DNA of 64,000 nt from a virus (IMGVR_UViG_3300043120_000090:21956-85955); one strand, 5' to 3'; positions 49,982 to 58,676 are shown, counted from the first letter of the stretch. Numbers and translations: made by a program. Notes: generated by a model from the sequence alone, not told the origin.

Positions 49982-51186
49982 TTATTTCCTCCAGTATCTT
50001 TACTAGGTGGAGCTCCACCTTCTTGACCAGAAATACCAGTAGCAGACCCAGCTACATTTGCTGGATGTATTATTTTATCCATAGATGGGTCATTAGATGC
50101 TTCATATCGTATTTCACTACGAGCCTCATTACCAGATATAATACCATTATTTTTAAGAGAAGATACATAATCTGCTAAGGCTTTTCTATCTGGAGCTAGA
50201 GCCATTATTCCATCTGTTAATAATGCTATATCATAGCCAAAGAATAGTTCTAAAGCTGATTCAATTTTTCTAAGATTAGGCATTATGCTCATAGAATACA
50301 TTAAATTAATATTAGGACTTATATTAGCATTATTACCACCATCTATTAAAATAGGTGGAACACCAATAGTAGAACAAATATTATTTTTAAGATTTATCTG
50401 GTCTTCTGTAGTACCTAACTCTTTAAAACCATTATTAGTAACATTCTTAGCCTTAAATCCACCATCTAAAACTAGAACATTGGTTTTACCTGTTTTAGGG
50501 TTATATCTTACGGCTGTTTCTTCTTCATAACGTTGTTTATGACGTTTACTTAGGAGTTGGTCAGTTTCTATAACTAAGCCAATAACTGCACCATTATCGT
50601 AGAATTTTTCTTTAAATTCTGCTAACTTTTTAAGGCGTTTAATATCTTCTAACACAGCACCCATCTTAGCAAAACCAGAAGCAGTTACAGATTGCCCATA
50701 ATAGGCATTATCTTTAATATAAATAATCTGATTAGGCTTATATTCATCCCTACCATTATATACAAACTTATTTATATATTTCTTAGTATCTAATACTACT
50801 TCCATATTCGCAGCTGGAACATGGAATAGTGAATGAGAGTCCCAATAAATAAAAGCTTGACCTTCCATTAGCAAGTCTAGAAGTATTAATCTTCTAAATA
50901 AGCTAGTATCCATATAGGGATTAGGTCTATGATTTAGAAGTATATTTAAGTTATTTGAGTCAATAGTAGCATAGGGTGTGAATTTTAATTTTTTCTTAAC
51001 ATCATAGCTGACCTCAGCAGCAGCATCTACCCACATATTAATAACCCTATTAACTATAGCTATTTCTCTATAAGCATTAGATAGGGTATATGGTTCTGAA
51101 GTAGTTCTACCACCACCAGGATCAGAATTTTTTATTAAATCTTGGGATGGTAAAAATTTGTCTATAAGTCGTCCAAACCAGTTCAT
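49978..51186 (-). CDS. Portal protein (pb7-like, HK97 family)
   Basis: HRPNPYM, LLMEGQAFIY, FYDNGA, GVPPILI, ISGNEAR. Confidence 0.95.
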   Translation of the reverse strand: MNWFGRLIDKFLPSQDLIKNSDPGGGRTTSEPYTLSNAYREIAIVNRVINMWVDAAAEVSYDVKKKLKFTPYATIDSNNLNILLNHRPNPYMDTSLFRRLILLDLLMEGQAFIYWDSHSLFHVPAANMEVVLDTKKYINKFVYNGRDEYKPNQIIYIKDNAYYGQSVTASGFAKMGAVLEDIKRLKKLAEFKEKFYDNGAVIGLVIETDQLLSKRHKQRYEEETAVRYNPKTGKTNVLVLDGGFKAKNVTNNGFKELGTTEDQINLKNNICSTIGVPPILIDGGNNANISPNINLMYSMSIMPNLRKIESALELFFGYDIALLTDGIMALAPDRKALADYVSSLKNNGIISGNEARSEIRYEASNDPSMDKIIHPANVAGSATGISGQEGGAPPSKDTGGNK

Positions 51187-51189
51187 TTA

Positions 51190-51660
51190 TTACCTCGTTA
51201 AAAATCGTGTAAATGGACTGGATTCAATACAGAATTGGGTTAAACTAGCAGGTAGATACTTACCTTGAGACCTAGTGTCAATTCCATTAACTGTTTTTTC
51301 ATGTTGAGCTAGAACCCAGTTCTTTTGTTTTTCAGCAGTATTAAGTTTCGGTTCAGTTCCATAAATTTTATGTAATAATTTATGATGACTAGCACAAAGA
51401 GTAACGGCATCATGTACCATCTCATTATGATAATGTTGATAGAATTCTTCACGCATTACTAATATGTTCTCTTTAGTGCTAATATCAAATGAATTTTCTT
51501 CTAAGAATTTACTAACTAATAAAGATACAGTATGATAATGATGGAACTCTAATTCCTCAGTAGTATCGCATATAGCACATTTATTGCCCTTTTCGTACTT
51601 ACTCTTTATACCGTCACGAACCCACTTAATAACACTTCGTTGTGTATTATTAGTTGCCAT
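51190..51660 (-). CDS. HNH nicking endonuclease (T5 packaging-associated)
   Basis: CAICDTTEELEFHH...VTLCASHHKLLH; lies between terL and portal. Confidence 0.88.
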   Translation of the reverse strand: MATNNTQRSVIKWVRDGIKSKYEKGNKCAICDTTEELEFHHYHTVSLLVSKFLEENSFDISTKENILVMREEFYQHYHNEMVHDAVTLCASHHKLLHKIYGTEPKLNTAEKQKNWVLAQHEKTVNGIDTRSQGKYLPASLTQFCIESSPFTRFLTR

Positions 51661-51712
51661 TTCAATATCCTAATTATAAATTTATATACTAAAGTTGTAA
51701 AGATTTATTTTA

Positions 51713-53017
51713 TTATCTATTATGAGAATAGATACCATAGCGTACAGCATCAGCATAGTGGCTATACTTATCATGCACAGGTTCTTCACGTTTTAATTCT
51801 TCTCTAGTATCCCAACGATAGTTATAAAACATTTCTATTATACCAGTACATTCATGCCATACTTTTATTCTCTTAGTAGCTACTAGAGTAGCGATGAAAC
51901 CAATGCCTTCTCTTTTAGACTTATTAGCTTTACTAGAACCAATGTCATATTCATATACTAAGTCGTGAATAAACTGTGCAGCTGCTGAGTCAATAAATAT
52001 ATAACTAGGGTCTAATTCAGCTTCAAACTTACGTATTATTGCAGCATGGTCTGAAGTTTTACTACTATTTTGGCTATGTTCCATCATAATATAATAAGTA
52101 TCAGTATAGTCATCATATTTTATACCAGCTATAGCAGTAGGATCGCGGAACCCTGGGTCTATACCCATCAATCCTTCGCATTCAGGATCTGTCATTAATC
52201 TTTCATACAATTTAGCATCATCAAATATATTATCTTCATCAAATTCTTCATAGATTTGACCTTCGAAAGTAGTAAAGTCAGCTTCATATTCTTGTCTAAA
52301 GAAAGCAGGAGAGTTATTAGCTCTAGCTTCTGCGATGTCTTTTTCCTGTGCTCTAGGATTATCTTTATAAGTACCATGAATGGAACACCATTCGCTATGC
52401 TCGGGTAAATCACTAAATCCACGCATATAAAAAGTATGAAACCAGTTATTACCTCTAGGAGTGGATATAAATAAAGCTTTAGAATTAAATTTATCTAGTG
52501 TAGGACGTAGCTGAATATTAAAAGCATCTCCACCTGCACTACTAATAGCAGCTTCATCAAATATAATAAGATCGTAAGAACGACCAACTGCACTATCAGC
52601 CTGTGATACTGATGCTAACTTAATTAAGGTATTATTAGATAATACAATTTCCTTATCCTTAGCATTTTCTTTAATAGTTTCTAGACCATATTTCTTAATT
52701 AATTCTTTAATCTGAGTCCAACCAATATTAGATAGAGAATAGTTAGGACAAATAATAAGAATTTTACAATTTGGCTCCAAAGCTTTTAAGAAACCTAGAG
52801 TATATGCTATAAAAGACTTACCAACACGTCTTGATACACATGCAGTAACAAAACGTATATTTGGAGAGTTTAGAGCATTAATAATTGCTATCTGAGGCTT
52901 ATTAGGGGTTATATTTTCTATTTCTAATAGGTTTTCTACTGGAAACGCAAAAAATCTAGAATCTAGTGAAAAATCAGTAATGGCCTCGGAATTTATATAA
53001 TCCCTTGATAACTTCAT
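51713..53017 (-). CDS. terL: Terminase large subunit
   Basis: SRRVGKS, IIFDEAA, ISTPRG, QEYEADF, GIDPG, HYADAVRY. Confidence 0.96.
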   Translation of the reverse strand: MKLSRDYINSEAITDFSLDSRFFAFPVENLLEIENITPNKPQIAIINALNSPNIRFVTACVSRRVGKSFIAYTLGFLKALEPNCKILIICPNYSLSNIGWTQIKELIKKYGLETIKENAKDKEIVLSNNTLIKLASVSQADSAVGRSYDLIIFDEAAISSAGGDAFNIQLRPTLDKFNSKALFISTPRGNNWFHTFYMRGFSDLPEHSEWCSIHGTYKDNPRAQEKDIAEARANNSPAFFRQEYEADFTTFEGQIYEEFDEDNIFDDAKLYERLMTDPECEGLMGIDPGFRDPTAIAGIKYDDYTDTYYIMMEHSQNSSKTSDHAAIIRKFEAELDPSYIFIDSAAAQFIHDLVYEYDIGSSKANKSKREGIGFIATLVATKRIKVWHECTGIIEMFYNYRWDTREELKREEPVHDKYSHYADAVRYGIYSHNR

Positions 53018-53514
53018 TACTTAACTCCTTTTCCGGTCATTAATCTCTGCATTAATTGTTGCATATTCGAATCACCAACTGCTATTACAGTATTATTTTG
53101 AGTATTAGTTTGTTTAATACTACCACTAGCATTTTTAATCTCTTCTAGTTTAATTTCCATTTGTAGTTGTTCCATTTTCATTTTATGGTATTTAGACATA
53201 ATATCTATAATATCTAATTCACTACCGATACCAGATTCTTCCATTTCTTCTAATTTTCTATTTATTATTTCATCTAGAACGCCAAAAAATCTGCCTTTAT
53301 TCCTATAACCACCTTCATAAAATACTCTGGTAGTATATGATTTTATTACTGGGGAATCTAGTACTTGTAATACTCTTTGTTTATCTATATTAAGAATCTC
53401 TGAAGTCTTTATTGCATCTAAACCATTAGTTAGATATGTATCAGCTATAAGTTGCTCTTGAGGAGCAATGACTTCAGGTAGTAGCTGGTCATCAGTCTTT
53501 GGTAATAGTTCCAT
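53017..53514 (-). CDS. terS: Terminase small subunit
   Basis: Coupled to terL; IADTYL..., YYEGGYRN-like segment, T5 synteny. Confidence 0.82.
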   Translation of the reverse strand: MELLPKTDDQLLPEVIAPQEQLIADTYLTNGLDAIKTSEILNIDKQRVLQVLDSPVIKSYTTRVFYEGGYRNKGRFFGVLDEIINRKLEEMEESGIGSELDIIDIMSKYHKMKMEQLQMEIKLEEIKNASGSIKQTNTQNNTVIAVGDSNMQQLMQRLMTGKGVK

Positions 53515-53712
53515 ATATTCTCCTTTAAGAATTTATTTTTATATTTATATAATTATATATATATTTTATATTTATTCAAAATCTAATTTTTAATCACATA
53601 CGGTACAAGAATTTTTTAAATTGAAAAATTTTTAGATTTAATAGTGACTCGAAATATTTACCTAGTCTACTTATATAACGCCTATTAGCAATACTAAATT
53701 TTACTTGTATTA

Positions 53713-53735
53713 TACACGCGTGAGGGGGTGCAGCC
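53713..53735. other. Approximate left boundary of the terminal repeat / first-step-transfer DNA
   Basis: Abrupt change from very AT-rich to GC-richer sequence just before the dmp 3' end, where the T5 genome end lies. Confidence 0.5.
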
Positions 53736-53736
53736 C

Positions 53737-53858
53737 GGTTAACGAAATGTTACAGTCTTGTAACCGCCCTGTTAACAGGATGTTAATAAAATGTTAATAA
53801 AAATAAGGCCAGGAATGTTAACAGATTGTTAACTAAATGTTAACGACTTGTTAAGACT
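53737..53858 (+). repeat. Ten TGTTAA-type repeats phased at 11 bp (ArcA-box-like)
   Basis: Starts at 53737, 48, 59, 70, 81, 92 and 53816, 27, 38, 49. Confidence 0.85.
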
Positions 53859-53868
53859 ACTGGCCTAT

Positions 53869-53884
53869 GGTTTCACGTGGAACA
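53869..53884. promoter_or_regulatory. parS-like 16-bp palindrome
   Basis: GGTTTCACGTGGAACA, 14/16 to TGTTTCACGTGAAACA. Confidence 0.7.
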
Positions 53885-53889
53885 TTAGA

Positions 53890-54522
53890 TCATGCTAACA
53901 TACGCAGATCATAATCCGCATTAAATCGCTCGACTTGTTCAGCTATATTAATAGATTCTAATATAATCTCTGTATCAATATTAGAATTAGATAATAAAGA
54001 ATCAACTAATTCACCGCCTAATATATCAGCCATTAATGAATTGATCGACACCGCATCATATGCTAATATACCCATACTATTAGCAACTTCTAATACACCT
54101 TTGTGATCATCGTATACTTTGATCATATGGTTGGGGTAGGTTGCTTGGATATAATCAAGCCAGTATCCCTTGTATTCAGAGTCACTGCTATAGTATGCCT
54201 CGCTTAGATAGTCTAAACCCGTTATTCTATATAAGCGATCGCGACTGCAAATAATTGCTGGCTTGATATTTCTACTGCGTAAAAAATAATAATCGGATCG
54301 CGTCATGCGCCTAGCCGTAACTATGCCAACGGCCTCGCCATTGGCGATCAGTATCCGCATATATAAAGCTAGAGGCAACAATTGATCGCGCATTATATTG
54401 CTATGCGTTTGCATCTTTCGATATGCCGCCAGATCTAGTTCTTGCGTACCCGCTTTATAGGGGGTTCGGTGATCGCTATCAATTACAGTTCGATCAAGAT
54501 CAAAAATATGTAAAACAGGCAT
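53890..54522 (-). CDS. dmp: Deoxynucleoside-5'-monophosphatase (HAD)
   Basis: IFDLDRTVIDSDHR, IVTAR, VYDD; T5 FST position. Confidence 0.93.
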   Translation of the reverse strand: MPVLHIFDLDRTVIDSDHRTPYKAGTQELDLAAYRKMQTHSNIMRDQLLPLALYMRILIANGEAVGIVTARRMTRSDYYFLRSRNIKPAIICSRDRLYRITGLDYLSEAYYSSDSEYKGYWLDYIQATYPNHMIKVYDDHKGVLEVANSMGILAYDAVSINSLMADILGGELVDSLLSNSNIDTEIILESINIAEQVERFNADYDLRMLA

Positions 54523-54543
54523 TGCTTATATACTCCTAAAAAA

Positions 54544-54570
54544 TAAAAGGCGGGATCAAAAGATCCCGCA
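54544..54570 (-). terminator. Terminator after A1
   Basis: GCGGGATC-TTTT-GATCCCGC followed by CTTTTATTT on the minus strand. Confidence 0.8.
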
Positions 54571-54574
54571 TATA

Positions 54575-56236
54575 TTAGAACCCGCTAACCTTAAAGAGTA
54601 GTTGCTGCGCACCGTTGGGGTAGACAATAGCATCCGCTTGCTTCCAACTTGATGCACCTAGGCGGTTATAACCTTGATCTAGCTTGCCAGTGACGCCGGA
54701 TGTGATACAGTTAGCCACCAGATTAGGGGTATGGGTATGGCCTAATGCAAGAGGCAAAGCCCATTGCTTAAATTGTCCAGCACTCCCACGGCTACCATTC
54801 GCCCCATTGTGACCGTGTAAGCAAAACTCCGTCCTATTTACAATAGTTGACACGTTACCACGGCCAAAAGCTAAATTGTCGGGAATATCATCAACCACTA
54901 GCTCACCTAGCACTTGATCACAATGCTTAATCGCGGTTTCCAGTGCGTTTAACTCGCCTGCATTATTATCTATGCCATCGCGTACCAGATAATTCAGCAG
55001 ATAATAGATCTTGCTATTAGCCGGATCTGTGGCTGGCTGGTACTTGAGATCATTGAGCCATGAATCAAGCGCGCTATTATGGTTCGATTCCGTTAAGTAG
55101 ATCTGGCTATCCGGTAGTGATTCGCAATACTCGAACAACTGAGCAATGGCGATTGCTAGATCCTTGATCACGCTTCGATCTTGCATCTTATACCAATGTA
55201 GCCCGTTGCTGATGTTATGGTGATTGCGGGTTTCAAAGTGTAGCAAATCATCTAATGCCACGAAATCAGGCTGTAAATCAATCAGATAATGTAACGTCTC
55301 CGCATGGCATACCGGATCAAATTGTTCAGCGTGTAGATCACCAACTTTCACGGCAGCGTGATCATAGGGCAAGCCCAGATCTAAATGCTGGCTGTACCCA
55401 AACAACTCCCCAGATTTAAACTGTAAATTGATCGGATAAACTTCGCCATTGTGCGAGTATAGCAGCCATGCACCAAAGCAATGATCTGCCTCGGCTTCGC
55501 TACCTGCGCGGCCACGAATGTAGTTGTAGTTTGTGATCGTACCCGTTGAGATTGCAGCGCGGGGATCTTGATCCTGCAACGTTGGCAACATCTTGAACTG
55601 TTGTTTAGGACTACCGACAATGGTTAAACCCTCGCCATTATTCAAAGCGGCGGCAGCATTGACAGGCATTTTTGCCGTTGGCAAGATCGCGGCATTACCG
55701 TGCAGAGTAACCTTGTCACCAAACAGACTGACAGTGTGATCAATAACATGATCCTTAATAGCCGGATCAAAATATTCTTTTTCAGCCACCGCCGGACTGA
55801 AAGCATTTTTGTTATAAAACACTGGCAAGACCAATATTTTAGCTTCAAGGTACTCGGCTAGATCCTTGAAAGCGTCCCATGCTTGCAGGTTAGGCGCGGT
55901 GTTATTCTGCGCACTGGTGACCAGGAAAATTTCACCCTCTACCTGTGGGATCTTGGCTGCGGTTTCGCTGCCAGCAATCACGGTATCTGGGGACGGTTTT
56001 TCTTTAGCTGCGGATTTTTTGGCCTCTTTGGCGGGTTTGTTTTCTTTCAACCACTCCACAAGATCAGCGGCAGCAAATTCACCAGAGATCAGGCCGTTGG
56101 CAGATAACAAAGATAAAATATCCTCGGCACATTCAAGCCGACTGTCACGCTTGCGTTTACCGTAGAAATTTTGGTCTAATGCTTCGCTCAAAGCGGCAGC
56201 CTTAGCCGATTCGTTAACGTTTGAGAATTGGCGCAT
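54575..56236 (-). CDS. A1: T5 A1-like protein (second-step transfer / host DNA degradation; metallophosphoesterase fold)
   Basis: FLVTSAQNNT, GDLH, DDLLH, SNHN, HGHNG, GHTH; size and position. Confidence 0.93.
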   Translation of the reverse strand: MRQFSNVNESAKAAALSEALDQNFYGKRKRDSRLECAEDILSLLSANGLISGEFAAADLVEWLKENKPAKEAKKSAAKEKPSPDTVIAGSETAAKIPQVEGEIFLVTSAQNNTAPNLQAWDAFKDLAEYLEAKILVLPVFYNKNAFSPAVAEKEYFDPAIKDHVIDHTVSLFGDKVTLHGNAAILPTAKMPVNAAAALNNGEGLTIVGSPKQQFKMLPTLQDQDPRAAISTGTITNYNYIRGRAGSEAEADHCFGAWLLYSHNGEVYPINLQFKSGELFGYSQHLDLGLPYDHAAVKVGDLHAEQFDPVCHAETLHYLIDLQPDFVALDDLLHFETRNHHNISNGLHWYKMQDRSVIKDLAIAIAQLFEYCESLPDSQIYLTESNHNSALDSWLNDLKYQPATDPANSKIYYLLNYLVRDGIDNNAGELNALETAIKHCDQVLGELVVDDIPDNLAFGRGNVSTIVNRTEFCLHGHNGANGSRGSAGQFKQWALPLALGHTHTPNLVANCITSGVTGKLDQGYNRLGASSWKQADAIVYPNGAQQLLFKVSGF

Positions 56237-56265
56237 ATTAGCGATCCTTAATTAAGGTTTCAATG

Positions 56266-56290
56266 AAAAAGCGGGGCTAATTAGCCCCGC
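56266..56290 (-). terminator. Terminator after A2
   Basis: GCGGGGCTAA-TTAGCCCCGC perfect palindrome followed by TTTTT on the minus strand. Confidence 0.8.
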
Positions 56291-56314
56291 CCGATTGGTT
56301 ATCCTAAATAGCAG

Positions 56315-56716
56315 TTACTTAACTGTAATCGCTTCGCCACCGGCGGCAACAAGTGTATCACTCACTTTTTCAGTGAGTTTTTCCAATGCGTCAATATTAG
56401 CCTTGTCTAAACTAGATACATCTTCTAAATCTAGGTTCAGACCTTTTGCCAGTGACCGCACATACTGAACTTTTGTTAAACGAGTAGATCCGGCGGTTTT
56501 TGCAATTGGATCAAGCGCATCATAAACACCTTCACGGCTCAATTTTCCGCGCACTGAGCGTGGGCTAACTGCACCGACTTTTGCCGCAATTTCACCTAGC
56601 GCGGCATCACTGTTGGCGACTTCCTTGCCATCTTTGGCGACACGTTCTTGATACATTTGGACGGCAATAGCAGAGTTGTCTTTGTTCCATGAAAATTTTT
56701 TGATTTTTTCGGCCAT
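56315..56716 (-). CDS. A2: T5 A2-like DNA-binding protein
   Basis: FSWNKDN...SPRSVRGKLSREGVY...TKVQYVRSLAKGL...SLDKAN. Confidence 0.92.
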   Translation of the reverse strand: MAEKIKKFSWNKDNSAIAVQMYQERVAKDGKEVANSDAALGEIAAKVGAVSPRSVRGKLSREGVYDALDPIAKTAGSTRLTKVQYVRSLAKGLNLDLEDVSSLDKANIDALEKLTEKVSDTLVAAGGEAITVK

Positions 56717-56813
56717 GATTTTTTACCTTTTTGATATGTTAAATTAACAAGGGGTTAAAGGATTTAACCCTAAAAGGCAACTTATTACAAATTGCCTTTA
56801 CGTGTTTTATCCG

Positions 56814-57206
56814 TTACAGCTTGATCTTAAATCCAGTTGCCAGACTAGCTTGAATCGCACTAACCGCAGCGGTCGGGTGTTTCCACCCATATTTAGGCGC
56901 TAGCAGATCAAAGATTGTTTTTGGCTTATGGTTCCGGTGCTGGTAGGCGTGAGACTTGGTTATGTAACCAAAGACCCGCTTGCGATACTCGATCATCGCT
57001 GCCAGATCCTTTTCACGTATGCCCGTTATCACTGGAGGTTGTTCCCCTTGGCATAGTTGGTGTTTATGCCAAGTTATACCAGTATCGCCCATAATGGGCT
57101 TTAAGATGCAATCACTAGGCAATTTTTTGAAATTGCCTTTGGTGCCGTGACGCTTACGCAATGGGGCGGTTTGCGCAGGTTTTTTCGCCCCAGAATTTTT
57201 TGCCAT
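56814..57206 (-). CDS. Pre-early hypothetical protein (basic)
   Basis: 130-aa ORF co-oriented with A2. Confidence 0.65.
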   Translation of the reverse strand: MAKNSGAKKPAQTAPLRKRHGTKGNFKKLPSDCILKPIMGDTGITWHKHQLCQGEQPPVITGIREKDLAAMIEYRKRVFGYITKSHAYQHRNHKPKTIFDLLAPKYGWKHPTAAVSAIQASLATGFKIKL

Positions 57207-57210
57207 TTAA

Positions 57211-57591
57211 TCAGATGTTTGCCTTTAGGTTGGTAACATTATCACTATATTTTTTGGTCAAAGTATAGTTAGGATTGCAGTAATTTTGAATGAATTCGCT
57301 ATCCGTCATTGATAGCGCATCATTGAAGATCTCCCTGTTCATATAGGGAGCAGATTCGCCCCCTTCAACTAAATTTAAGTTACCGTAACATGAGCGCACG
57401 AATCGCGGCAAGCCAAAAGCAGCGCGAGCGTGGGCGGTACTGGTTCCGATGATAGCGCCAGCCATTTTAGCTAGTCGACTCAGCACTAAATAATCGGGAG
57501 TACTACGAGTAACCGCGATCCCTAAACCGTACAAAGCTAGACACATTGATTTAGCACGCAGAGCGCAGTTTACATTTTTATAAAATTGCAT
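57211..57591 (-). CDS. Pre-early hypothetical protein
   Basis: 126 aa; GAGG SD; first gene of the leftward pre-early operon. Confidence 0.75.
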   Translation of the reverse strand: MQFYKNVNCALRAKSMCLALYGLGIAVTRSTPDYLVLSRLAKMAGAIIGTSTAHARAAFGLPRFVRSCYGNLNLVEGGESAPYMNREIFNDALSMTDSEFIQNYCNPNYTLTKKYSDNVTNLKANI

Positions 57592-57809
57592 TGTTTCGAT
57601 CCTCGCTGGACGTTGTTACGTATGGTATATTGTGCGGCTCGATAGTTCCCGCACCTGCCTAATTGCTTAAAATTCTATCGCATAGGCTCCGACCTCTTTG
57701 ACGTTGGCCGTTAACGTGCGTTTGTTCGAACTTCAGGGATTCGCCACCTTACTGGTAGAACTTGCGCTGGTCGGGCTATGCAAGCCGCTATGCCCTGACC
57801 ACGGAGTAA

Positions 57810-57839
57810 ATAGTAGCAATCTAGAATTTCTAATACCAA
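57810..57839 (-). promoter_or_regulatory. Candidate leftward pre-early promoter
   Basis: TTGGTA-N18-TACTAT with extended TG. Confidence 0.5.
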
Positions 57840-57924
57840 TGAAAAAATGGAATACTTAAAAAATAATTATGCCATTTAGGAATAGCTGTTTTTCTCATTA
57901 TATAAAGAACGGGTGCGCACACGT

Positions 57925-57940
57925 AGCAATAACCGTGCCA
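57925..57940 (-). promoter_or_regulatory. Sigma54 -24/-12 consensus site
   Basis: TGGCACGGTTATTGCT (GG-N10-GC). Confidence 0.6.
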
Positions 57941-58097
57941 TATTAGTTCTAGCTAATATTAATTTTAAACGCTCTAGAAGCCATTCTAAGCAGTTTTGAC
58001 CTTTTTCTAATACATTGGCCTATCTTTGAAAAGATCTCGCAATCTGGTCAATTTGTGGTAAAACTACCCACAGGCTTTTTTAAATACTTTTCAAATC

Positions 58098-58502
58098 TGT
58101 GGATAACTTTGCTAGATTTCACGTAGCGTATGATTTCTAGCAAAGTTATGCACAAGCCAGGTATTGAATAAGTTAAATTTGTGAATAACTTTTTTACATT
58201 AGTTTTTCTAATGTTACTAACTTACAATGCGATTAATTCTTATTTAGCCGTAACAAAATTACAATTTGAGTTGCAAAGGTACAATGCACTTGATAATTAT
58301 TCGCATTTGGCCGCGCAGCAAAGTGGCATGGTTTATGCTTGTATATTAGCCATGTCTAATGTGGATAAAACTAGACTTATGCACAACAAAGTTATTTTTG
58401 AAACAAGCTAAAAATGTTAATAACTTTTCAACTGGTCTGACCAGTCTAATTTTTAACGCTATGAGCTTAAAACCCTGTGGATAATGTATAACCTGTGGAT
58501 AA
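58098..58502. promoter_or_regulatory. DnaA-box cluster 1 (7 boxes)
   Basis: TTATNCACA on either strand at 58098, 58146, 58180, 58360, 58377, 58476, 58494. Confidence 0.8.
58430..58446. promoter_or_regulatory. FadR-operator-like palindrome
   Basis: AACTGGTCTGACCAGTC versus AACTGGTCNGACCAGTT. Confidence 0.65.
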
Positions 58503-58676
58503 CTCAATTTTTAAAAAATATGTAAACTAGACTTATACATTATCAACAGCGTTTAAACGCTATAGAAGCCATTTTAAGCCACGATCTCTTTTTGGCCTTA
58601 TTAAAACCTACCCTTGGAGGTTGGCAATATTAGCCCTGGCTAATATAGCATTAGCTGATATATAACAAGTTATTTT

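Noticed and set aside
589-52422. Short antisense or alternate-frame ORFs in the track (e.g. 589-795, 2581-2886, 7132-7326, 9819-10046, 10892-11155, 15321-15611, 17164-17373, 17681-17908, 18071-18364, 24339-24551, 24867-25421, 27975-28163, 28469-28660, 29032-29456, 32836-33021, 33569-33775, 36747-36995, 42388-42735, 48707-48910, 50285-50530, 52195-52422)
   Set aside because: They are shadows of well-supported genes or promoters, with no SD and no protein-like motifs.
55894-55901. GCGCGGTG on the plus strand in A1
   Set aside because: It is on the opposite strand to the other candidates and explained by codons; T5 nicks are confined to one strand.
55381-56165. Four overlapping ORFs within A1
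   Set aside because: Shadow frames of a GC-richer gene.
57721-57745. CTGAAG...CGAA as a hammerhead core
   Set aside because: Lacks the CUGANGA and GAAA consensus and the three flanking stems.
58054-58263. HexR-like sites (58054, 58212, 58249)
   Set aside because: Only 12-13/15 on an AT-rich motif, not distinguishable from background by eye.
58181-58411. 76-aa ORF in the operator-rich region
   Set aside because: GTG start without an SD; it is built from DnaA, Fur and ATTAG motifs, so it is probably incidental.
58521-58539. TyrR-like TGTAAA...TTATACA
   Set aside because: Wrong spacing; it is a copy of the AAACTAGACTTAT repeat at 58367.
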